Shown: piece by piece, positions 16,544 through 25,850 of the stretch
Numbering within the stretch: the stretch's first letter is position 1
Layout: each line of letters begins with the position of its first letter
Assembly (NCBI GenBank): GCA_029821875.1
Contig: JALGXW010000010.1
Coordinates: forward strand, 3,859 to 67,858
Source: Candidatus Hebobacterum abditum
GTDB taxonomy: Bacteria; Armatimonadota; Hebobacteria; Hebobacterales; Hebobacteraceae
Length of the DNA stretch: 64,000 nt
Direction of reading: 5' to 3'
Position numbers and translations under genes: made by a program
Notes under the pieces: generated by a model
Seen by the model: the letters and a program-made list of their open reading frames with translations, nothing else
Databases searched by the model: none
What the model was told of the DNA's origin: nothing

Positions 16544-18250
16544 ATGAACTCCCTCTCGCTGGCCGCCGTCAGCTGTGGCGCGCTCTACCTTGGCTATCTC
16601 CTCTACAGCCGAGTCATCGCACGGCTGTGGGGTTTCCAGCCGGACCGGCCGACGCCCGCGACGGAGTCGCCGGACGGCGTCGACTACATCCCCGCGCGCC
16701 ACTGGACGATGCTCTTCGGCCATCACTTCGCCAGTATCGCGGGTGTGGCGCCGGTTGTCGGGCCCGTTCTGGCGTGCGCCATCTGGGGCTGGCTCCCGGC
16801 CCTCATCTGGGTCGTCGTCGGCTCCATCTTCCTCGGGGCCGTGCATGACTTCTCAAGCCTCATGGCCTCTCTGCGAGCACAGGGGAGGTCCATTGCCGAA
16901 CTCGCTGAATCGCATCTTGGCCATCGGGTCCGGGTGATATTCGGGGCCTTCCTCTGGCTCACGCTGGTATTGGTGGTGGCGGTCTTCGCGCGCTTCGGCG
17001 CCATGACTCTGACCCAAGAGCCGCGAGTCGTCATCCCCACGTTCGCTGTCATCCCCATCGCCCTGATCGTCGGCGTGATGATGTACCGCTGGCGCTGGCC
17101 CCAGGTGCCTGCCACAGTGTTGGGGATTGCCATGCTGGCGGGGATGCTGGTCGTCGGCTACTACTATCCGATACGGGAGCCGTGGGGAGAGCACACGCTG
17201 GTGGGCTGGACCATCATACTGCTGGCATACGCGTACATCGCCTCTATCACGCCGGTGAACCTCCTTCTGCAGCCGCGCGATTATCTATCCACCTTCGTCC
17301 TCTACATCGGTCTCATCGCCGGATACGTGGGACTGGTGCTCACCCGGCCCGAGATCAGCGCCCCCGCGGTGCTCTCGTTCGACAGCCTCAAGGGGCCGAT
17401 GTGGCCGATGCTGTTCGTCATCGTCGCCTGCGGCGCGATATCCGGCTTCCATAGCCTGGTGGCAAGTGGCACCACCGCCAAGCAGCTCGCCCGGGAGGCC
17501 AACGCCCCGCGGATCGCCTATGGAGCAATGATCGTGGAGGCGGCGCTGGCCGTGCTGGCGATAGTCGCGGTCACCGCAGGACTTGCCTGGCGCTCCGGCC
17601 AGACTCCCCTGGCATCCGTCATCGAGCAGGGCGGCCCCTCGCCGCTCGTCGTCTTTGCCAACGGCTTCGCGACTCTCACCGAGCCGCTGTTCCGGAATCC
17701 CGTGCTGGGAGCGCTGGTGGCGATGACCGTACTGAAGACGTTCGTCATGACAACGCTCGACTCGGCAACACGGATCACACGCTACATAGGCGAGGAGCTC
17801 TTCGCCGAGGGGCTCGGCATCCGGCTCTTCAAGAATCGCTTCCTGTCCACCGCCCTTATCGTTGGTGCTGCCTTCTACCTGTCCATCGGCTCCTGGCAGA
17901 GCGTCTGGCCTGTCTTCGGGAGCGCGAACCAACTCATAGCAGCGCTGGCGCTCCTCGTGCTAACCGTCGTGCTGTGGCGTCGCGGGAGCCCGGTGAGCTA
18001 CACGCTGCTGCCGTTCCTCTTCATGATGGCGACGACCGTGGGTGCGCTCCTCTATCAGGGCCGGGGCTTCCTCGCCAACCGCCAAGTCGGACTTGCCGCC
18101 ATCAGCCTTGCGCTGATCGTGCTTGCCCTTCTGATGCTTGTGGACAGCGTTCGCGTCGTTCTGCGGGGGCGCGCGAGTTCGCCAGGGAGCGGGGAGCCGG
18201 AAGCTTCGGAGGAGGGAGTGCGGAACAGGGCCGCCGGTGGCGGCGGATAG
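16544..18250 (+). CDS. cstA: Carbon starvation protein A family transporter
   Basis: 568 aa. N-terminal DGVDYIPARHWTMLFGHHFASIAGVAPVVGPVLA matches the CstA N-domain signature. Polytopic membrane protein. Confidence 0.85.
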   Translation: MNSLSLAAVSCGALYLGYLLYSRVIARLWGFQPDRPTPATESPDGVDYIPARHWTMLFGHHFASIAGVAPVVGPVLACAIWGWLPALIWVVVGSIFLGAVHDFSSLMASLRAQGRSIAELAESHLGHRVRVIFGAFLWLTLVLVVAVFARFGAMTLTQEPRVVIPTFAVIPIALIVGVMMYRWRWPQVPATVLGIAMLAGMLVVGYYYPIREPWGEHTLVGWTIILLAYAYIASITPVNLLLQPRDYLSTFVLYIGLIAGYVGLVLTRPEISAPAVLSFDSLKGPMWPMLFVIVACGAISGFHSLVASGTTAKQLAREANAPRIAYGAMIVEAALAVLAIVAVTAGLAWRSGQTPLASVIEQGGPSPLVVFANGFATLTEPLFRNPVLGALVAMTVLKTFVMTTLDSATRITRYIGEELFAEGLGIRLFKNRFLSTALIVGAAFYLSIGSWQSVWPVFGSANQLIAALALLVLTVVLWRRGSPVSYTLLPFLFMMATTVGALLYQGRGFLANRQVGLAAISLALIVLALLMLVDSVRVVLRGRASSPGSGEPEASEEGVRNRAAGGGG

Positions 18251-18278
18251 GCCGGCCCCTGGCTCGGGACAGGCCGGC

Positions 18279-19262
18279 CTACGAGTGGGATTCGCCCGCG
18301 CCTGCCGTACGGTACCAGGCCACCGTGCGCCGCAGACCATCCGGCACGCTGACATTCACGCGATACCCGAGGAGCCGCCTCGCGCGGCTGATATCGGCGG
18401 CTGAGTGACGCACCTCTCCCGGCCGCGCCGGCCCTCGACCCACCTCGCACCCCGCCCCAGTGAGCTCGATCAGCACATCAACCAGGCGATTCACCGTCAT
18501 CTGCTCGCCGCAGCCAATGTTGATGATCTGGCCCGCCGCCTCAGGGGCTGTGCAGGCGAGCAGATTCGCCTCAACGACGTTCTCCACGGCCACGAAATCC
18601 CTGGACTGGTCGCCGTCCCCGAAGACTGTCACCCCCCGGCCCGCCAGAAGGTCGGCCACGAACCGCGCGATCACCCCGGAATAGGTGGAGTCTGCTTGCT
18701 GCCTCGGCCCGAAGACATTGAAGTACCGCAGGATGACTGTCTCGAGCCCGCGCAGGTCGTGGAACGCTCGGCAGTAGAGCTCGCCGGCATGCTTGGCCAC
18801 CGCGTACGGCGATAGCGGATCGGGAGCCATGTCCTCTCGGTGCGGCAGGTCGCCGATGCTCCCATAGGCCGACGCGGACCCCGCATACACGAAACGCCTG
18901 CAGCCGGCCTCGCGCGCCGCAGTCAGCGTTCTTAGCGTCCCGAGCGCGTTGACCTCCTCGTAGAGAACAGGATCCTCCCACGATTCCTGCACCGAGACAC
19001 GCGCTGCGTGATGGAGAACGTAGTCCACTGCCTCACACGACTCTGCACACGCGTCGGGATCTGTGACGCTCCCGTCGATCACCTCGATCCCGTCCGCGAA
19101 CGGATGCAGATTCTCCCTCGTGCCAGCGGAGAAATCGTCGAGCACCCGCACGCGCTGCCCCGATATCGCAAGCGTCTCTACAATGTGGGAGCCGATAAAT
19201 CCCGCGCCGCCAGTGACGAGGTAAAGGGGCGCCTCGGCCTCTTTCCGGCGCCCGCGCGTCAC
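18279..19262 (-). CDS. NAD-dependent NDP-sugar epimerase/dehydratase (UDP-glucose/UDP-GlcNAc 4-epimerase-like)
   Basis: The GTG at 19262 overlaps the galU stop (GTGA) and gives VTRGRRK..LYLVTGGAGFIGSH, a Rossmann GxxGxxG. The YxxxK catalytic dyad is present (YAVAKHAGE). The longer track ORF reaching 19469 would overlap galU by more than 200 nt and is rejected. Confidence 0.8.
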   Translation of the reverse strand: MTRGRRKEAEAPLYLVTGGAGFIGSHIVETLAISGQRVRVLDDFSAGTRENLHPFADGIEVIDGSVTDPDACAESCEAVDYVLHHAARVSVQESWEDPVLYEEVNALGTLRTLTAAREAGCRRFVYAGSASAYGSIGDLPHREDMAPDPLSPYAVAKHAGELYCRAFHDLRGLETVILRYFNVFGPRQQADSTYSGVIARFVADLLAGRGVTVFGDGDQSRDFVAVENVVEANLLACTAPEAAGQIINIGCGEQMTVNRLVDVLIELTGAGCEVGRGPARPGEVRHSAADISRARRLLGYRVNVSVPDGLRRTVAWYRTAGAGESHS

Positions 19263-20173
19263 TTGCTTCTCCCCTCGCGGCCGATCCGCTTTCGAAGCCA
19301 GCTCCGCATGGCCGCTCCGTGTTCGGCGTCTGCCAGGCTCAGCTCGACGAAGGCCTGGTAGTAGCTCAGGAAGGTCCCGATGTCCAGTCGGTGCTCGCCC
19401 TTCCGCAGTCGAACACATAGGATCTCCCGCCCCTCCTTGAGGAGGAGCCGAAGCGCGTCGGTAAGCCACAGCTCGCCGCGGACGCCGGGCTTCGTTCGTC
19501 TGATGGCGTCGAACACGGCAGGCTCGAGCACGTATCGGCCGGCTGCTGCGAGGTTGCTGGGAGCCTTGCTGGGCGATGGCTTTTCGACGAAGCCCCGGAT
19601 CGGGAAGACATGTCCCGCAGCCCCTTTGGGTGCGACGATGCCGTAGCGGCCGACCGCGTCCCGTGGCACCTCCTCCACCGCGATCGTGGCCGCGGGGCGA
19701 CGCGACTCATGCACCTCAACCATTCGCTGGAGTACCGGCTTCTGCGAGCGGGTCAGGATTATCGAATCACCGAGGGCGACAACGAACGGCTGTCCTCCCG
19801 CGAACGGCTCGGCAATGGCGACGGCGTCGGCCAGGCCGCGCGGCTGGCTCTGCCGGGCATGGAAGAAGCTGAGGTCCATCCAGGGCTGGTGCTCCTCTTC
19901 GTTCTGCGCGGCGTCCCGGTCCAGGTGATCCTCTATCGCTCGCTTTCCCTGCCCCGAGATGAGAAGCACTTCGCGCAGCCCGCTCGCGGCCAGCTCCTCG
20001 ACTACGTGCTGTATGGTCGGCTTGCGCCCGACCGGCAGCATCTCCTTGGGCTGGGATCGGGTCGCGGGCATCAGCCGCGTCCCTCTCCCGGCGGCTGGTA
20101 CGACCGCCTTCGTGATGAGGGCACGGCGGCCGGACCTCGCGGAACGGGAACGAGTCGACATCTTCCCTCTCAT
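19259..20173 (-). CDS. galU: UTP--glucose-1-phosphate uridylyltransferase
   Basis: 304 aa. VVPAAGRGTRLMPATRSQPKEMLPV and VEKP ... GELWLTDAL match GalU motifs. Confidence 0.8.
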   Translation of the reverse strand: MRGKMSTRSRSARSGRRALITKAVVPAAGRGTRLMPATRSQPKEMLPVGRKPTIQHVVEELAASGLREVLLISGQGKRAIEDHLDRDAAQNEEEHQPWMDLSFFHARQSQPRGLADAVAIAEPFAGGQPFVVALGDSIILTRSQKPVLQRMVEVHESRRPAATIAVEEVPRDAVGRYGIVAPKGAAGHVFPIRGFVEKPSPSKAPSNLAAAGRYVLEPAVFDAIRRTKPGVRGELWLTDALRLLLKEGREILCVRLRKGEHRLDIGTFLSYYQAFVELSLADAEHGAAMRSWLRKRIGREGRSK

Positions 20174-21181
20174 TCAGAATGCCTCTATGGCTTGGTAGCG
20201 GTACCCCTCCTGCCCGTAGGCCTCCACCAATGCCTCTTCAGCCTCCCCCTCCCCAAGCAGGATCAGCGCCGCCCCGCTGGATCCCGGCAACTTGGCTGCG
20301 AACCCCTGCTCGCGGGCGATCTCGACGAGGCGGACGTTGTGGGCGCCCAGGGCTTCGTCACCAAACAACCCCCTACGCAGATCGAAGTTGCGGTCCATCA
20401 AGCGGCCCAGTTTCCTGTGATCGCCCGCGGTGAGCGCCCTTCTGCCGAGCAGTGCGCACCGCGCGATCTCCTTGATGCTCTTGCGCACCACCGTGTCCCC
20501 GCGCTCCCATCGGTAGCGCACTTCAGAGTGCACGCGCCCTGACTCGAGGGTCCCGAAGTGGTCCTCGGCCAGATACGCCAACCCAAACCGCGGCAGCGAC
20601 CGAGAGCTCAACCTTGTGTACTCACCCTTGCCGCCGGAGAAGTCCATGTACGTCAGGCCGCCGTAGCTCTGCACGACTCTGTCCTGGAGTCCGGCTGCAA
20701 TGCCCAGCTCTTCGGTTTCCACACTGAGAGCAAGCTCCGCCAGCTTTCTCGCTGGAACCTTGCGCGCCGGTATGCGGTAGAACTTGAGGAGAGCGCGCAA
20801 CGTCGCTATGATCATCGCGCTGGAGCCGCCAAGCCCCGACTGGCGAGGGATCGTGGTCTCGTACTGCACCGTGAAGTTGGCCTTCCGAAGCCTGATGCTG
20901 CGCTGGCCGGCGTAGTCGACAAAGCGCTTGCAGGCAGCGAACACGACCCGCTGCATCCCGTAGTACCCATGCCGCTCGACCGAGCCCACGAGGTCGGCAA
21001 GGTCGCTGAACTCGGCGCGGTCATGTTCGGGGTGGAGCTTCACGATGAGCGAGGGACTTTCCCAGAGGGTAACTCGGGCGACGAAGTCGCGGAGCAGGAA
21101 GGAGATGACTCTGCCCCCGTACATGTCCGACGGGTTGCCCAGGAGGCCGGCGCGCGCATGTGCTTCGGTGTGGATGATCAT
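20174..21181 (-). CDS. GHMP-family sugar kinase (galactokinase/heptose-7-P kinase-like)
   Basis: PRQSGLGGSSAMIIATLRAL is the GHMP phosphate-binding motif. The ATG at 21181 has an AAGAGG SD and lies 17 nt after the upstream stop. Longer in-frame starts would overlap the preceding gene. Confidence 0.7.
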   Translation of the reverse strand: MIIHTEAHARAGLLGNPSDMYGGRVISFLLRDFVARVTLWESPSLIVKLHPEHDRAEFSDLADLVGSVERHGYYGMQRVVFAACKRFVDYAGQRSIRLRKANFTVQYETTIPRQSGLGGSSAMIIATLRALLKFYRIPARKVPARKLAELALSVETEELGIAAGLQDRVVQSYGGLTYMDFSGGKGEYTRLSSRSLPRFGLAYLAEDHFGTLESGRVHSEVRYRWERGDTVVRKSIKEIARCALLGRRALTAGDHRKLGRLMDRNFDLRRGLFGDEALGAHNVRLVEIAREQGFAAKLPGSSGAALILLGEGEAEEALVEAYGQEGYRYQAIEAF

Positions 21182-21197
21182 GCCTGCCTCTTCATGT

Positions 21198-21965
21198 TCA
21201 CGGCTCGCGGGCACCGTTGGCCACGGGAAGGAACCGCGGTTCTCCCCGCCGGCGCGATTCTGCGACCACGCGATTCGCCTCAAAGAGGCCGTCGAACGAG
21301 CCGCAGTCCAGCCAGAGGCCGTCCAGCTCGCCCCAGGTCATCAGACCGTCGTCGATGTAGAAGTTGTTGACTGTCGTTATCTCCAGCTCCCCGCGAGCCG
21401 ATGGCTCCGATCGGCGGACGTAGTCAAAGGCGCGGGTGTCGTAGATGTAGAATCCCGTCACCGCGAAGCTGCTCTTCGGCTGCTCGGGCTTCTCTTCTAT
21501 CGCGATGATCCGCCCGGGATCGTCCGTGTCGAACACGGCCACGCCGCACTCCCGCGGATCGGGGACCTCCTTCAGGAAGAGGTGGGCCCCCTGCTCGAAG
21601 CCGCGGACGGCCGGGCCTAGATCGGCGTCCGTGAAGTTGTCGCCCAGGACGACGGTAACAGGGCTCGCATCGGCGAAATCCTCGGCTATGCTCAGCGCAT
21701 CGGCGATGCCGCCCTCCCCCTCCTGATATCCGTATTCGAGGTGTCTGATCCCGAGGTCCTTGCCGGTGCCGAGCACGCGCAGGAAGTCCCCCGCGTGTGG
21801 ACCACCCGTGACGATGAGGATGTGATCGATCCCTGCGCGGAGCAGGTTATCGATGGCATAGTGCACCATGCATCGGTCGAAGACTGGTAGCAAGTGCTTG
21901 TTGGTAGCTTTAGTGAGCGGGAACAGCCGCGTGCCCAACCCCCCAGCGAGGATCACGCCCTTCAC
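21198..21965 (-). CDS. Short-form sugar-1-phosphate nucleotidyltransferase (RmlA/glucose-1-phosphate thymidylyltransferase-like)
   Basis: 255 aa. MKGVILAGGLGTRLFPLT is the G-x-G-T-R-L signature. GTG start. Confidence 0.8.
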   Translation of the reverse strand: MKGVILAGGLGTRLFPLTKATNKHLLPVFDRCMVHYAIDNLLRAGIDHILIVTGGPHAGDFLRVLGTGKDLGIRHLEYGYQEGEGGIADALSIAEDFADASPVTVVLGDNFTDADLGPAVRGFEQGAHLFLKEVPDPRECGVAVFDTDDPGRIIAIEEKPEQPKSSFAVTGFYIYDTRAFDYVRRSEPSARGELEITTVNNFYIDDGLMTWGELDGLWLDCGSFDGLFEANRVVAESRRRGEPRFLPVANGAREP

Positions 21966-22105
21966 CGTCGAGCCTCCTACCGCGCTTGGATCGTCGGTCG
22001 TGTCCGGACTTCTCCGAGTTAGGATTCCAGTCCTTCTGCTGTGAGCCCCACGGGAGGTGGACTGCAGCGAGAAGGCGAACTGAGCACTGACGGCAGAGCG
22101 CGGAA

Positions 22106-22984
22106 GTGACCGACCCCTCGACCTGCAAACTCGACGTCTGCATTGTCGCCTGGCGGGCGCGCGAACTGCTTCGGGCCTGCCTTCACTCGGTCGTTCGAGC
22201 TGACGAAGTAGCTCGGGTGGTCGTGGTCGACAACGCCTCCGGCGACGGCACGTCGGAAATGGTCCAGGAGAAGTTCCCGAGAGTCGAGCTTGTGCAGAAC
22301 AGCGAGAACCTGGGCTATGCAGCAGCCAACAACCAGGCTATCTGTGCAAGCCACTCGCCGCTGCTTCTCCTGCTCAACCCCGACACTGAGATCCGCCCCG
22401 GCGCGCTCGGCGCGCTTGTTGAAGCGTTCGGCCGAGAGGACAGGATCGGCGCAGTGGCGGCACAGCTCGTGCTTCCGGACGGCTCGACCCAGCGGTCATG
22501 TCGAAGCTTCCCAGAGCCGGCCCCGGTGCTCTTTGACGCCCTCGGTCTATCTCGCCTGTTCCCTCGCAGCGAGGCCCTCGGCCGGTATCGCATGACCTAT
22601 TGGGACCACAACTCATACCGCGAGGTTGACCAGCCGATGGCCTCCGCGCTTGCCCTGCGTCGAGCAGCACTGGACGACGCGGGCCTGTTCGACGAAGGGT
22701 TTCCGCTCTACTTCAATGATGTCGACCTCTGCTATCGTCTGCGCCAGGGAGGGTGGAAGATCGTCTTCGAGCCGCGGGCGAAAGTGCTGCACCATCACGG
22801 GCGCAGCACCTCACAGGTGAGAGCTTCAGCAGTCATCGACTCTCACAGGGGGCTCATCCGATTCTACCGCAAGCACTACCGGCGTGGAGCCGGGCGGGTC
22901 GGGTATTGGACCGTTGTCGGGGGGGCCTGGTTGGCGATGTATCCGAGGGCCGCGGTCTCCTGGTTGCTGCAGTTGCTCAGGTAG
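22106..22984 (+). CDS. Family-2 glycosyltransferase
   Basis: 292 aa. VVDNASGDGT and the DxD-type motif (FNDVDLCYRL), with the GT-A fold pattern. Confidence 0.75.
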   Translation: MTDPSTCKLDVCIVAWRARELLRACLHSVVRADEVARVVVVDNASGDGTSEMVQEKFPRVELVQNSENLGYAAANNQAICASHSPLLLLLNPDTEIRPGALGALVEAFGREDRIGAVAAQLVLPDGSTQRSCRSFPEPAPVLFDALGLSRLFPRSEALGRYRMTYWDHNSYREVDQPMASALALRRAALDDAGLFDEGFPLYFNDVDLCYRLRQGGWKIVFEPRAKVLHHHGRSTSQVRASAVIDSHRGLIRFYRKHYRRGAGRVGYWTVVGGAWLAMYPRAAVSWLLQLLR

Positions 22985-24896
22985 CGGCGATCTCGTCGAC
23001 GACTCGTCGAGACTCGCCCTCATCGAGCCTGTACGCCTCAGCCACGGCCTCGTCGATCTCGCCCAGGAGACGTTCACGCCGCGCCGCCTCCGGGGCCTCG
23101 AGGGCGCGCGCGGCCAGCCTGCCGAGTCGTTCGGTTCCTGCCACGGGCGGCAAGGGCACCAGCTTGAGCTTGCTTACCTTCACCTGCGCGAAGGGTCGAC
23201 CCGCCTCTGGGGCAACGGCCCGGTAGAGCGCGGCCAATGGCTTCGAGTTCAGTATCGCCGCCAGCCACAGGAGATCGCCGTCGTCACGGGCACTAATAGC
23301 GATCACGCTACGGCCGAACCACGCCCCTCGTCGGTCGACGGTCGCAACAGGCCGATCGCCGGTCTGCCTCAGCAGTATCTTCGGGACTCGGCGGTAGACG
23401 GCCTCCCGAACGGACACCCGATCTCCACTACGGACTCGCTCCTGCCAGTCATGGTGAAGCCACGCCGAGTGGCCGGCCTGGGTAAGCGCGCCGAAGTCGC
23501 GCCCGCGCGTTATGGGGATGTCCGATCTGTGCCGCCGATCGCCGGAGTACAGGATAGCGCGACCCGCCTCCGCTCGCGAGTAGTTGATGCCAACGTCGTG
23601 AACGGTGAAGGTCTCGACCATGTCGCCGAGCGAACGCAGTCGCCGCGTCAATCGCTCCAGCATGTCTCGCCGCCACCTCGGCGGCACCACGAATCCTGAG
23701 TGCGGGGCCTCGAGCGGCGCATCTCCGGGCGCAAGCCAGCCGCGCTCGCTCACACGGGCCGACAAGTTGGCCCGCTTCTCGCGGCGGAGGTCGGAGATGG
23801 CGAACTGCGCCGGCGCAATGCCTTTCCCGACCAGGCAGACCATGCACGAGGGAGCGGTCGCGGTCGCGAAGACACGGTCTCCGAGAAGAACGACGCGCAG
23901 AGGTCGGAACTGCTCGAGCACGGCCCGCCGCAGACCCTCGTAGCGGACCTGCCACAGGACGGTGTCCGGCAGCAGCATCCCCACACCGCCGTCTTCCCGG
24001 GCTAAATCGGCCCCGAGCTGAAGGAAGAACACGTAGCTGTCTCGATGGCCGCGCAGGGCACCAGGCGCGGCGGAGGCGAGCCCTTCGGCCTGCTTCGCGG
24101 GGAGCTTCACGCCCCACGGCGGATTGCCGATCACGATGTCGAAGTCGCCACCGTCTCGAGCCCCTGCCAGTGCGTCGCCCAGGCGAACATGCTCGGCCGG
24201 CATCGGCGCGGGTCGGCCGGGGCGCGACGCGGCGAGCCACACGGCGAGACGGCAGACCTCGGCCGCAAGCGCGTTCTTCTCCACTGCGAACACGCAGCTC
24301 CGAGCCGCCTCGCGACGCAAGTCGTTCTCAGCCAGCGCTTCGCCAGCAGCGCCAGCGAGTGCCTCGACGGCTGCAACGGCGAAGGCGCCGGCTCCCGCCG
24401 CCGGGTCGAGGACCTTGAGAGACAGCGCAGCGGCTGGCTTGACGCGGCGGCCCGTCAAGACCCCCTGGACAACAGTATCAGCGATGAAATCCGCGGCCCA
24501 GCCGGGAGTGTAGTAGCTGCCGCTCTTCCGCCGATCGCGCCCCCGGCTCGAAAGACGCTCGCAGAGCCGTCCAAGCCGCTCGGCCGCCTGTCGCGGCCCT
24601 TCCTCGCCCTCCGCAGAAAGCAGAGCAGTCTTTGCTGCCCGCGCGACGGAGCGCTCATGCGTCCTCGGCCACGCCAGATCGTCGAACCCGAGCGCCCCCC
24701 GGACATCGAGGAAGGCGGCGCCGGCCTCCTCCGTCGCCCGAAGCAGACGAGCGCTGTCGTGGCCGCAGGAGACAAGGCGCATGGCTGTGCGCGCAACCGC
24801 AGGGGGCAGAAGATCGAGACGGAGTGCCTCAATGAGAAAGTGCAGGCGCAGCGCCAGAGACGATGACTGCGAGCGGCTGGTGCGCGTCCCACTCAC
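22977..24896 (-). CDS. N6-adenine-specific DNA methyltransferase, Eco57I/TaqI-like (gamma-class), with C-terminal TaqI_C-like target-recognition region
   Basis: 639 aa. SYYTPGWAADFIADTV (motif X/I region) and DIVIGNPPWG (catalytic motif IV NPPW). The C-terminal LWLAAILNSKPLAALYRAV resembles the TaqI-family C-terminal specificity domain. Confidence 0.8.
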   Translation of the reverse strand: MSGTRTSRSQSSSLALRLHFLIEALRLDLLPPAVARTAMRLVSCGHDSARLLRATEEAGAAFLDVRGALGFDDLAWPRTHERSVARAAKTALLSAEGEEGPRQAAERLGRLCERLSSRGRDRRKSGSYYTPGWAADFIADTVVQGVLTGRRVKPAAALSLKVLDPAAGAGAFAVAAVEALAGAAGEALAENDLRREAARSCVFAVEKNALAAEVCRLAVWLAASRPGRPAPMPAEHVRLGDALAGARDGGDFDIVIGNPPWGVKLPAKQAEGLASAAPGALRGHRDSYVFFLQLGADLAREDGGVGMLLPDTVLWQVRYEGLRRAVLEQFRPLRVVLLGDRVFATATAPSCMVCLVGKGIAPAQFAISDLRREKRANLSARVSERGWLAPGDAPLEAPHSGFVVPPRWRRDMLERLTRRLRSLGDMVETFTVHDVGINYSRAEAGRAILYSGDRRHRSDIPITRGRDFGALTQAGHSAWLHHDWQERVRSGDRVSVREAVYRRVPKILLRQTGDRPVATVDRRGAWFGRSVIAISARDDGDLLWLAAILNSKPLAALYRAVAPEAGRPFAQVKVSKLKLVPLPPVAGTERLGRLAARALEAPEAARRERLLGEIDEAVAEAYRLDEGESRRVVDEIAAT

Positions 24897-25028
24897 CGCT
24901 GACCGTACTGCCGCTGGTAGGAATCTCGGCCGCGTTCCCGGGTCGCCGCCAACGCATAGCGACCCGTGTCGGCGTTGCGCATTCCGCTGCCCGCGCCGGC
25001 AGTCACGAGAAGTCCCATCGAGAACCTC

Positions 25029-25850
25029 CTAGGGCAACGCCGACTCTGCCGCCGCCAGTACAGACTGCGCCGAGGCATCGAAGCTCCCACCCCGCCGGGC
25101 CATGAACTCCGCCACGAGCCGCCATCCAAGGTAGACACCTGCCCGCGACGGCAGTGCACCCTCCCGCGGTCGGCCGTGCCTGAACAACGCCGAGGCGGCC
25201 TCCTCCTCCGAATCCATGTGAGGACGTACCCGACGCCATAGCTTGCCCTCATACTCGCGCATCACGACCACCTGCCCCGGCTGCATGAGCAGGTGCTCAG
25301 CTTGGGAACGCTCGGGGAAAGCGCGCGCCGTCAGGGCCACCGCGAATCCCTCGTCCACGAGTCTCTCGCCAAGACAGCGCGGGTGCCTGAGACGCCGCCG
25401 GTAGCAGTGCGCATACTCGTGTGCGAGAAGCAACGGGATCATCCGCGGGCTCGTGAGACGCTCCAGCCCGATGCCGATGGCCCACTGGCCGTCCACCGTG
25501 AAAGCGAAGCCGTCCGGGCTGAAGAACCCGACCAGAAAGTAGACTTCGGGTTCAGGAGACAGAGGCAGTATCTCCTGGCAGCGTCTCACTGTCGCTTCGG
25601 CGGCCGCCGCCAAGTCGGTCGCGCCGACGATCTCGCGCAGCAACTCGTATTCCTCAGGCCTCACCCGGCGGACGCGCTCGACCCAGGTGGCCGTGGGCAG
25701 CCCCAGGCACTGCTCCCACCAGGCCTCCAGCGCAGCGCGATTCGGCGTCAGGTAGTGTTCGCAGTGGAGGTCCCATGCCTCTCCTTCGCCCGCCGCGAGC
25801 GCATCGATGAACCGAAGGAAATCCTGGCAGAGCAAGTGCACCCTCACCAC
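25029..25850 (-). CDS. Putative zinc-dependent peptidase (HEXXH; DUF2268-like)
   Basis: 273 aa. The only recognisable element is LLLAHEYAHCY, a HEXXH motif, with a plausible third ligand E downstream. Family assignment is from memory and should be verified. Confidence 0.45.
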   Translation of the reverse strand: MVRVHLLCQDFLRFIDALAAGEGEAWDLHCEHYLTPNRAALEAWWEQCLGLPTATWVERVRRVRPEEYELLREIVGATDLAAAAEATVRRCQEILPLSPEPEVYFLVGFFSPDGFAFTVDGQWAIGIGLERLTSPRMIPLLLAHEYAHCYRRRLRHPRCLGERLVDEGFAVALTARAFPERSQAEHLLMQPGQVVVMREYEGKLWRRVRPHMDSEEEAASALFRHGRPREGALPSRAGVYLGWRLVAEFMARRGGSFDASAQSVLAAAESALP

